A stretch of 63,995 nucleotides of DNA, filler included, from Fonticula-like sp. SCN 57-25 (taxonomy: Eukaryota), in the NCBI GenBank assembly GCA_001724245.1. It is 6 parts of 6 records of this genome, joined end to end, with 100 filler letters (N's around TTAATTAATTAA, not from the genome) between each part and the next. Parts side by side here need not be neighbours in the genome. Positions count along the whole stretch, not along the records: positions 45,456 to 56,392 come from MEDX01000209.1; positions 56,493 to 63,995 come from MEDX01000359.1; 4 more parts are not named here. One strand, 5' to 3'. The stretch's first letter is position 1; each line of letters starts with the position of its first letter. The translations under genes and the position numbers were made by a program. The notes below the pieces were generated by a model. That model saw only the letters and a list, made by a program, of their open reading frames with translations, made no database searches and was not told the origin of the DNA. Positions 50,216 to 60,320 of this stretch are shown here, one piece after another.

Positions 50216-50989
50216 TAACCAAAAATGCGTGTTGTTGATACATTCTCCCGTACTCGAGAATAGCATTGCAAGGGGCGCGTAATGTTGCATCAGCCCGTGC
50301 GGCGCGACAGCAACCTAGATTTCATCATCACACCAAACTGCGCGCTGTCAGGCATTTTTGTGTACGCGATCACTCAAGCTGTCAACGGCAATCCACATTG
50401 TTCTTGACCATTCTAGGCCCCCTCTTTCCTGCGCCTCCCAGCACGAAAGCTATAGCGTTCGCCGTAGGTGCTCTGAGCCTCTGCACTTCATACCTCTTTT
50501 ATTGAACTCTACTTTCTCGTAGGCAAGAAACCTCCACCACCCCACCCCATAAAGGTGTAATTAGGCTCCTCCCTCATCGCACTGTCGTCGTCTCATGTAC
50601 TCACGCGCACATCTGCTTCTCCTCATAGCCCACGTAGTGCAATGACGGGCATGGCGTGCCTGCTAGCGCTAGCCAATCAATGAAGCGCCGCGGAGGTTCA
50701 CTCTCGCACGGACGGCAGTGCGCATAACGCTTCACGTCATTCACGAGACTCGCTTTCTCCTTTATCACCCCGCCTCAATGCACTGCTCCTATCTTTTCAC
50801 ACAGCAGCGTTAAACGTTTATAAACACTTCTGCTAGAGTATCGAAGCTGCCTACCACTCACCGCACCCGTTCGTTTGTAAAGGTTAGCATGGATGGCTGT
50901 GTGTATTATACTGTACATACGGTGAACAGTGACTGAAATTTATCAGATTGGTCAGATTTGGCGGGAGCCGATGCCATCCGTGCCTTGTC

Positions 50990-52714
50990 ATGTCGTCAGT
51001 GGATGAGGTTGATGCAGCACTGTTGTCCGATCTCAACACTGTACCTTCGAGTGTTATTGAAGCATGGGTCCGCGAGCTTACAATACCGGGCGAGTCGGGC
51101 CCGTCTCTTTTCCCGTCTGGCAGTCAAATTCTCACGTCGACGGTGGACGATCTGTGCGATGCTCCGTTTGAATTTTCAGCAGTGATCGCGAGCGAGCTCC
51201 TTTTGCGCTGCTACATGATTTTTCATCGTCTGGCAGAGTCACGGCGAGGTTCCCTACCCGGAGGTCTTTTGTCTTGGGGTAGCGGTGAGCTGCGGGAGTG
51301 GGTTGCAACTCTTGGCCCAAAACAAGCTCCAGCGGCCGCTCCAGACTCGGATTTGTACCGGAGCTGGACAGGCGCGTGTATGGCGGCAGCGACCAATGTC
51401 ATGGTCCACCGCGCTGTTAAGCGTGCTGGAGTGCGATACAGTCTTGCAGACGCGTCGGTACTACTTGACAAGGCACGCCAGCTCATGGTAACTCAGGTGG
51501 CGGATGGTCGTGCGCCTGCGTGGACCGCTGCGTGGACCGGGCGCATCTCCCTTGCCGAGCTTCCTTCACCGGATACCCCGCGCACTGCCGTCGTTGTGCC
51601 TGTACCGCATAGACCGTCATTACCAAGTACGCTTTTGGGTGAAGATGCGGGGCCAGACATCAATATCCACATCCCGCAAGAGACTCCCCCTCCGCCTCCT
51701 GTTCGCATCCCAACGGCGTTCATGCGTCAAGAAGACGAGTTTTCCACGATATGGCAGCAGCACCGCGCACTCGAGAGAAGGCTTCTCGAGGCAGCCCAGC
51801 ACGAAGTGTCCCTCGAGGAGCGGCAATGTATTTCCACTGATTACCCTGATGTGCTCGACCTCACAAAGCTGGCTCATGTTCTCGTCCTGATAGGTGCGAT
51901 ACAGAGCTTTTGCCGATATCTGCTTTATTTCACCAGGTAAAACTGGCATGTATGCATATATTTAACACCAATTTCTCTTAATTATGCACTCCCATTGTTG
52001 TTGGCCCCGCTGAGAGCCCTGCCGTACTGACCTTTTTGATTTAAAGGCCAATTTGCGCGTTTTGGGAATGGTGACATGCTTAGGCTTCAGCAGGATGCGG
52101 CGCGATTCGCCGATGCAGTGTCAATTGCACGCACAGCCGGGGACCAACTGCATGCTATTCGAAAAGCGCGCAAGGACGAGCTGACGTTCAACGCACGCCT
52201 TAAGGTGGAAGAGGCACAGAGGTGTCTAGGCGCGCTGTCCGATGCCTGCATCGAGGTAGAGGCGCAGGCAGCCGACCTACGCTCTTTAATACAGGAGATG
52301 AGAGAGGAAAAGGGTGGATTTCGGACAGTCGACAGCGGCCCATCCTCTCAAGGAGAGTTTGGCGGGGTACGCAAGGCGCGTTGTCCTTTCATTTCTGACG
52401 CCTCTATTGTATCACAGTCCAAACTGCCAGAGGAGAGTGCCCGATGGTTCACACGCGCTGTTCACGCGTTCAAGGCAACAGAGCACGGACCGCTCAAACA
52501 TACTGTCCGCGACTTTGTTGATTGGCTTATTGAAGAGGACAGCGCGCAGTCCTGCGACGCTGCGAGTCTACTCGTTCAGCGCAGCGGGGCGCGCAGAGGG
52601 GCCATGGTCGACAAAGCGCTGCTTCTATACAACGTCAATTCGTATATGCGCGCCTTTCACTCGTCCCTGCCTCCTCAGTCGAGGCTCAAGGTGATCAGCA
52701 GCACAAAAAGGTAG
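50990..52714 (+). CDS. Hypothetical protein: tandem SAM-like N-terminus, Pro-rich linker, coiled coil
   Basis: Two long ORFs separated by an AT-rich intron-like gap (about 51893-52046); SAM-like motifs VIEAWVREL..SGSQILTSTVDDL and LLSWGSGELREWVATLG. Confidence 0.6.
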
Positions 52715-53109
52715 CCTATCTCGGCTTCTTTCAACTAATTTTCTTTCGTGTACTATTTGTGTGGCTTTTTGAATAATGTTTATGCCCATTTGCCCATTTT
52801 ACCCATACGGATAATTATCCTGTTTTTAAACCAAAGGCCCAATCTTTGCTCTGCTTTGTTCGAGCTGCTAGCTGTGCGAAACACAATACAATGCGATAGA
52901 GGAAATAGCAAGAGAAAGCGAGATGGATGGCGAGCGAGTGATAGCCAAAAGGCCAACGCAACACTCCCACTAACACAACAACAAAACAATGGCACAAAAC
53001 AATAAAAAGGATAATTTTGCAGAGAAAACGCCAACAATTGCGTGCTAAACGCCATCATTATGCGTGCCCCCCTTGCCACAACACAATCTCTACTATTTTT
53101 GATTCATTT

Positions 53110-53977
53110 TTAGCGCTGGTTGAACTGTTCGATAAGTCCTTCCAATGGCTCGAGCTCGTTCTTCTCGATCAGCTGGAACTCCTGCGCAAAAAAGAGAAAG
53201 TGCTTAAAGCACGTGTTGAGGTGCGCCTGCTCACCGAGCGACTCGATCATCGACATGTGCGTGTGGTAAATGTGGGCATAGACGCGGAAGAGCCTCTTAA
53301 AAATGTTGCGAATGATCTCGGCAAAGTCCTGCGGGAAATCCACGTCTGAAACAAGGCGAGCAAGAAGGTGAGCACAACCAACATCCCGCAGGCATCAAAG
53401 AACAGCAATATAAAAAACGTACCGGTCAAAGACGGGAACACGCTCTCGTCGTCAAGGCTCTCCTGGACCCAATTCATCAAGTTTTCCATGTAGTCGGGCG
53501 CCGAAAGCTTCTGCGGCCGCTGGCTCTTATCCGCGGACCAAAGGTACACATACCGCGCACCGGCGTTCATCACAGGGCACGACTCTTGTGTGCAGAACTC
53601 AGCAATGCTGCCGTACAGCAGGTTGATCTGATTAAAAAAGTCGACGGCTGTACACGCGAGCGTGAGCAACAATAAAGCCACCCTAATGACACGCACTGTT
53701 GACAGCAAGCCATTCATGGTAGTTCTCGCCCGGGGGAAGCCTCACCGCCTGGCGCAGGTCACCGCTACCGAGCGTCTGCACAATCATCTGCTGCAGACGG
53801 TCGCGCGACGACCCCTTCAGGAACGTCCGCCGAGGACGGAACGTCTTATCCTCGCGACTGAACAGAACAAGGCGGGACAGAACAAAAGGAAGCAAGGAAA
53901 AGAGCACACAGCGTTAGAGAACAGCGCTCAAATACCGCAAACTAGTCGGCGTACAATAGGCGACCAATGACGTTCAT
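53110..53977 (-). CDS. MOB1: MOB kinase activator 1
   Basis: KTFRP, TLGSGDLRQAVRLPPGE..EWLAVN, VDFFNQINLLYG, CPVMNAG, IFKRLFRVYAHIYHTH, HLNTCFKHF; three introns. Confidence 0.97.
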
Positions 53978-54453
53978 CTTGTGTGGGTGGGTGGTGGGAC
54001 AAAGTAAATGGTCCACCAGCGAATTTGCAAGGTCAAAGAAAGAAGCACACAAAAGAACCGCTCCTAATTCTAAACAAAAGAGCAAACAAAGCGTCAGCAC
54101 AACTTCCGCCCAAGGCGCACACAAAAGCGAAACGCACTCGAAGGCGGTAAATCGGCAGCGCCTCGGTCTGGCCCGCTACTTGCTTCGCTAGAACCAGAAG
54201 GACACGAAAGTTTTAAACCGACCGTAACCGACCATCTCAATAGGTCACGTGATGGCGCGTGATGGAACCAGGGGTATGATGATAATTATTTGATTTGGGG
54301 GCTCCCCGCATGCCGGCCCCACCGGCGCAAGCATTAATGTGTACTGTTCTTTCATCCTTTTAGACCCAAGTAAACTAGGTGTATAGCATCTGAACAATAC
54401 CTTACAATCATTATATTGGCCTTTTCAATGAACAAACACCAATCATAATACAA

Positions 54454-56392
54454 TCATTCATTTCTAACGAAGGCTACTGGTGGCATAGATGTGTGGAGCG
54501 CCGATGCTTCAAGGCGCTTTAGTATGCAAGCGCCGTCCGCTGCCGATGACCTTTCGAGCACTTCAAGCCCCACCTTGCATGCCAAGTCGAACATGCGCTC
54601 ATGCCATGTAATAATGATGATTCGCTTGTCATGCCCCACACTCGCAGCAATCTCCGTCTTCCCTTTAGGCTGAAGGCCGCAAGGGGCCAGATGAGGAATG
54701 CACGATTGCACCAAATTGCCCGCCCACAACCGGGCATCATCAACCGAAATATGTCCATTCTCGCGTAGGATGGCTAGCGACAGATCAAACGCCACCACAT
54801 CATCAACAAACCACACAATGAAGCTGGTGCGCATGCCCTCAATCGACCTCGCAATGTGAATCCCTTCCTTAACCTCCAGTGCCAATGCAACGCCCACAGC
54901 ATGGCCGACATCGTGTCTCTCCAGCGATACTACGGCAACGAAAGCAGTGTGGTGCTTCATGGGCGGCAAAATACGACCGGGGATTCGCTCCATGAAGTCG
55001 GCGTCAACATCCCGCTTCGTATCGCGCGTCATGAGGCAGCGGGTCGCTAGAGGCAGCAATTCCGAGCCTTCTTCAGGGTGCATCTCGGCCATCTGCAGTC
55101 GCAAGCGGCACGAAAGATACGCAACAACAAAATCAGAAATGCTTTCATCTTGAAGCATTTCTTTGACTTTGGTGTCACAGTTCGGAAAAACAGCGACAAC
55201 AGAGGCGGCCTGCGCAATCACACGTGTCCTTTCATACTTGCTGACGGCATTCAAGTTTTTACCGTACGACCTCTCACGAAGATCAGCCTCGCAGTGAGTA
55301 TCAATCAGCGTCTTGATAGCGTCTGGAGTAACATACTCGCATGACCGCTTGATGAATTCCGTTATCGACGCAGCGGACTGTAGCGCAAGCGCATAGAAAA
55401 TGTCCTCGACCGGTATATCAATGATCGTTTCGGGCAGCGCCGCTGTGCGAAAGAGACGCGTTGAAAATGTCTTTCCGAGTGGCAAACGAACTCCACTGCG
55501 GTTGTTGAGGGTCCTAGCAATCACTGCGCCTTCTTTTAATTTCTCGACACGATCCCATCGGGTCTGGTCGAGGCTTGCGTAGGAAATATCACTGTCGTGG
55601 TCTGCGGGGTTGGAAAGCATGAACTTTTCCGCTTCTTGGTCGAGGTTAGCTTTATGGGCTTCGCCTTGCCCGTACTCGATCGTCAACGGCACCACATTGC
55701 CGTACAGCACGACAGAGCGGGACCCTGCATGGTCGTCATCGCGCAAAAAGGGATGAGCAAAATACACGTCAGCCGCATCCATCCCAAGGGTGTTAGCAAC
55801 AATGCACACCACTTCTTGATACCAGTGCAGCTTGTTGAAGTCGACGGCTCCTTTTGTGATGGCGCCAAGGAGGAGATGTGCAAGAGGACGATCGACCTGA
55901 CGGTTGATGGCAGGCACGCTGGCATCCACTACAGTGCTCGATGGCTCACATAAGCAGACAATGTACACCGAGAGATCAAAGAGAATGGCGGCGCTGCCTT
56001 GCTCGGAGAAGCGCGACATCTCGTAGTCGTACAGGGACTCGAGCGCAGAGAAAACAGAATACGCGGCAGGCGAAGGTGGTGGAAGTTGGAAAGAGTTTAT
56101 CATGCTAGGTTCTGCAGGGAGAGGAATGCCCTGGTTTTGAAGCTTCTTGTAAAGGTGCATATGAAATTTGCAGAAACCTTCGGCGCTCTTATTCATGAAG
56201 TTGACGGAAAGACCGACATTAGAGCAGCAAGCCTGCTTACACGTGTTGCTGCATTTAATACCCTGAAGTCCGCAATTAAGTGCCTGCACGTTATTGCCTG
56301 TCTGGTTGAGCAGGTAGTCGGCTGGCGACGCTTCCGAACGCATGCGATGCAATAGATGTTTTTGATGTTCCAGGCACCTTGGCTCCAGAGAA
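54454..56392 (-). CDS. Orphan intronless protein with Cys/His-rich N-terminus (5' truncated by contig end)
   Basis: Open frame of more than 630 codons continuing to the contig edge; lower GC3 than flanking housekeeping genes; no family recognised. Confidence 0.7.
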
Positions 56393-56492
56393 NNNNNNNN
56401 NNNNNNNNNNNNNNNNNNNNNNNNNNNNNNNNNNNNTTAATTAATTAANNNNNNNNNNNNNNNNNNNNNNNNNNNNNNNNNNNNNNNNNNNN
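56393..56492. other. Artificial contig-joining spacer
   Basis: N run with TTAATTAATTAA. Confidence 0.99.
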
Positions 56493-56559
56493 CACAAAAT
56501 GAACAATAATAACGTATAAAATCCATCCTTATGCATCAAAGTAGCATATAAATGCAGTA

Positions 56560-57292
56560 TCAATCGGTATTTTCGCCTGAATTGGCCGATGAATTCCCCA
56601 AGACGCGGCCATCCAAGGTGCGCGGGCGCCTGTCCGCCGACTTTGTCTTTGCCTCCAGCTCCCTGTTTTTCCTCAAAAGTGACTCTTCCGTCTGCCTGAT
56701 CATCTCCTCCTCCTCCGAGTCCATTTCGTCGTCGTCGTCGTCGCCGTTCCTCTCCTTGGCCCGATGCGCATCATCAGCATTGTCGCTGCCGCGCGGCGAT
56801 GACTCTGCCGATCTCTTGGCCGCAGACGAGGGGGCGGCCCGCAAGGACTGCTGCGATCCCACGCGGCGCTCGAGGTCAAACTGGAAGCTGCTGGCGATCC
56901 GCTCAAGGACGAATGAATTGGTCGCCTCGTCAAAGATCAGCAGCGCTTCGGTGCGCTTGACGCCGGTCGTCTGGGTCCCATTGAACGCGACATCGCCGGC
57001 CTGGGTAAGAAGAGGCATATGAGCAAATCACGTAAAAATACTATTAAACGCAACGCACTTCAGAAGGAAAGACGGCGCGCCACGCGCCCGTGTTATCATT
57101 CTTTCGAAGCTGACCTTTCTCGCTCCTGCTGATCCCTTCCGGCTTGAAATTGTCTTTGAGCGCCGCGATTAATTTCACGCAAACCAAAGCCCGCGGCGTA
57201 CATCTAAACGTGTGAAGCCTGCTGCTAGAACTCGGCGACGACGCGCGGAACGACTTTCCCAGCCGCACAGGGAAAGTTCCCGTAGGCGCCAT
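56560..57292 (-). CDS. EAF: ELL-associated factor (EAF1/2 family)
   Basis: [36 protein letters not shown]; two introns; acidic tail. Confidence 0.85.
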
Positions 57293-57360
57293 GGCGGCGG
57301 TCTGTAAGGAGGGAAGCGCGGGAAACGCAGTTCGGGGTGGAATCTGGTCTCGCTGACACG

Positions 57361-58356
57361 ATGCTGCTGACGAGGAGCCTTGTGCGGACGACGGCGGCCG
57401 TGGTGCGCCGCGCCCACTCGACGCGGCCTGGCCCGTCGACGGAAGAGCTACAGAAGCTGCGGATGGCACGTGGCCTTCCGAAGCGCACGCCGATCCCGGG
57501 CGTCAAGCACATTGTGGCCGTCGCATCGGGCAAGGGCGGCGTCGGCAAGTCGACCGTCGCGGTGAACCTCGCCGTGGCGCTCAGCCAGCAGAACAAGGCC
57601 GTCGGGCTGCTCGACGCGGACCTCTTTGGGCCGTCCGTGCCGCGCATGATGCAGCTGAACAATGCGACGCCCGACACCAATGATCGTGCGCCGCCCTTGG
57701 CATCCCGCCCGTGATGACTAACCATCTTTTTCGGCAGGCCAGCAGCTGGTGCCGCTGCGCAGCTACGGCGTGAGCGTCATGTCGATGGGCTTTCTCGTCA
57801 AGGACACGGACGCCGTTGTGTGGCGCGGGCTCATGGTGATGAAGGCGCTGGAGCAGATGCTGCGGCAGGTCGCGTGGGGCGATCTTGATATTCTGGTGAT
57901 CGACATGCCGCCGGGGACGGGCGACACGCAGCTCACCATCAGCCAGCAGATCCCGCTGGCGGGCGCCGTCATTGTGTCCACGCCGCAGGAGGTCGCGCTT
58001 GGCGATGCGCGAAAGGGGATCGCCATGTTCCGCAAGGTGGACGTGCCCATTCTCGGCCTCGTGCAAAATATGAGCATGTATGTGTGCCCAAAGTGCGGCG
58101 ACAAGAGTCACATTTTCGGGTCAGAGGGAGTGCGCAAGGCGGCAGAGGAAATGAACGCCAAGCTGCTGGCCGACATCCCGCTCGAGCCGGCGCTGCGCGA
58201 ACTCTCGGACGCCGGGAAGCGTACGATCTGATCACTGAATGATTGTTGGGTACTGACTTTTTTTTTTCAGCGGTCGTGGTGTCACAGCCAGGAAGTGCTT
58301 CTGCAGACGTGTTTAGGGACCTCGCCGCTCGCGTTATCGAGCAGCTACCAAAGTAG
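57361..58356 (+). CDS. NUBPL: Mitochondrial Mrp/NBP35-family Fe-S ATPase (NUBPL/Ind1)
   Basis: Presequence; [50 protein letters not shown]. Confidence 0.95.
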
Positions 58357-58486
58357 ACACAGTGCAATTTGCGCGAATGACGCGCTTTCAATGAATAATC
58401 AGATGTAAATCCAGGGTTGATTTTTAATGTAAATTTGGCGGGAAAACGTGACGATTTTGAGCGCCACCCGGCATCAGTTGCCAGAC

Positions 58487-59397
58487 ATGTCAAAGAAAGC
58501 GTCAAAGGCCGATGGTGCGCGCGCAAGCGGCCCTTTTCTGGATAGCAGGCCAGTTGCTAATGAATTTTTGTTTTGGGCCGCGTAGGCGAGTCGACTGTCG
58601 TGCTCGAATACCTAAAGAAACAGAATCGGCCGTACAATGCCAGTACGCTTCGGCATCCCCCTTTGGCGCGAAACTGATCCGCGCTTTTCTTTCAGACGAC
58701 ATTTTCCAAAACCTTCACGGCCAAATAGGCAAGACGGGCCTTGTCAAGGTCCTGAATCAGCTTGCGGCCGATGGCAGCATCTCGCTCAAGGCGTACGGCA
58801 AGCAGCAGGTCTTTGTGGCTCGCCAGGTACGTTTCCCTTGTCGCGTTATGATGACGCCGCGGCTGACCGGCATCCCAGGACGAGATGGCCGCGCCGTCGC
58901 AGGACGAGATTGACCGCATGGACGAGGAGATTGCTCAATTGAAAGAGGCGTTTTTCGCGGCGCAGAGCGCTTCAAAAGATCTGCAGGCCGGTACGGCATC
59001 GCCGATCCCCACTCTCGCCCTCTCACCTTTCTGTGCAGAGCTGAGCCGCCTCAAGTCTTCCCTGTCGCTTTCCGAGCTGCGTGCGCGGTACAAGGAGCTG
59101 AGCGAGCGCAAGGCGCAGCACGAGTCGCGGCTCGCCGTCCTCCGCGAGGGCAAGAATGTCATGTCGGCCGAAGATGCCAAGGCGATCACCAGCGCGTATG
59201 AAAAGAACCGCAAGGCGTGGCGGCAGCGGCGCAAAATGGTGCGCTTTGATTGGCTGGCGACGCGGTCGCTAACGACGGCACAGTGCACCGAGATCATGGA
59301 CACGATCCTGGAGAGCGGGTCGATGAAAAAGTCAGAGTTTATCGAGCTCGTCGGCATCGAGACGGACGACGCGGTCGGCGTCAAACTGGACCCATGA
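58487..59397 (+). CDS. HOP2: Homologous-pairing protein 2 (Hop2/TBPIP)
   Basis: VLEYLKKQNRPYNA, DIFQNLH, KAYGKQQVFVARQ, coiled coil, WRQRRKM, GIETD; multi-exon. Confidence 0.92.
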
Positions 59398-59539
59398 CAA
59401 GGCAGAGAAATTAGTTTTTATTGTACGATGATGATGGGCGAATAAATAGTAATGTGCACAGAAGGATGTATCAACATCAGCATCAGCATCACAGCAATGC
59501 GGCCACAATGCAGCATCAGAAACATTGAATGCACATTGG

Positions 59540-60067
59540 CTAAAAAAAGGTATGATCATCTGGTGGAAAGGGTTCAATGGAAGCGTCACCGTAGTATTCG
59601 TCGAATCTCGGAAAGTCGCCCACAGGGCTGGGCGTTCCGTAATCGTACATGCCTGCATCGACATCGTCATCGTCAAGGACACTGGACTGAGCCAGCATCG
59701 ACTGAGCCAGCATCGACCGGTCCGCTTCATCGCCTCCTTGTGATGCCGCCGTCACCGTCGAGACTTCGGCATCGCTCGTCTCTTCGACCAGCTCGCTGTC
59801 CCCCCCCGACTGCCTCGCAGCGGCGCTGTTTGCATTCAGGATCCGCTCCCCGATAAACGGCCCCGCCTCGGCGGTCAAGAGATCATTGTGCACCTGCACG
59901 ATCACCGCCTCCATCTGACTAAGCGCGCGCGGGTCGTCCCATTCAAGAATGCTGCCGAGAAGCCGATCGGCATTGACCGGAAGGCGCTCATGCGCAAACC
60001 GCAGCGGAGCCGCCGCCATCCTCTGTACTTGAGGGGCAGTTTGAAACGGCAATCGACCGACCAACAT
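59540..60067 (-). CDS. Hypothetical protein or gene relic
   Basis: 175-aa ORF preceded by an intron-like TAG acceptor; internal 15-bp tandem (SMLAQ x2); no family recognised. Confidence 0.4.
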   Translation of the reverse strand: MLVGRLPFQTAPQVQRMAAAPLRFAHERLPVNADRLLGSILEWDDPRALSQMEAVIVQVHNDLLTAEAGPFIGERILNANSAAARQSGGDSELVEETSDAEVSTVTAASQGGDEADRSMLAQSMLAQSSVLDDDDVDAGMYDYGTPSPVGDFPRFDEYYGDASIEPFPPDDHTFF

Positions 60068-60098
60068 CTATAAGAACGATAAGATCACAGCACATAAG

Positions 60099-60224
60099 AA
60101 ACGGAAAAATAGTAAACTATTAATGCTCTTTGTGCACATTCTCTTGCGGTACGCTTTCTGAAAAACGGAAAAATAGTAAACTATTAATGCTCTTTGTGCA
60201 CATTCTCTTGCGGTACGCTTTCTG
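60099..60224. repeat. Exact 62-bp direct tandem duplication (64-bp period)
   Basis: AAACGGAAAAATAGTAAACTATTAATGCTCTTTGTGCACATTCTCTTGCGGTACGCTTTCTG at 60099-60160 and 60163-60224. Confidence 0.95.
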
Positions 60225-60320
60225 CATTGTTTCCACGCCAAACAGATATAAAATTCCCGTTTATTTATATACATCTTTCACATACAAATATGCACAATGA
60301 AACACTCCTCTCCACCTCCT

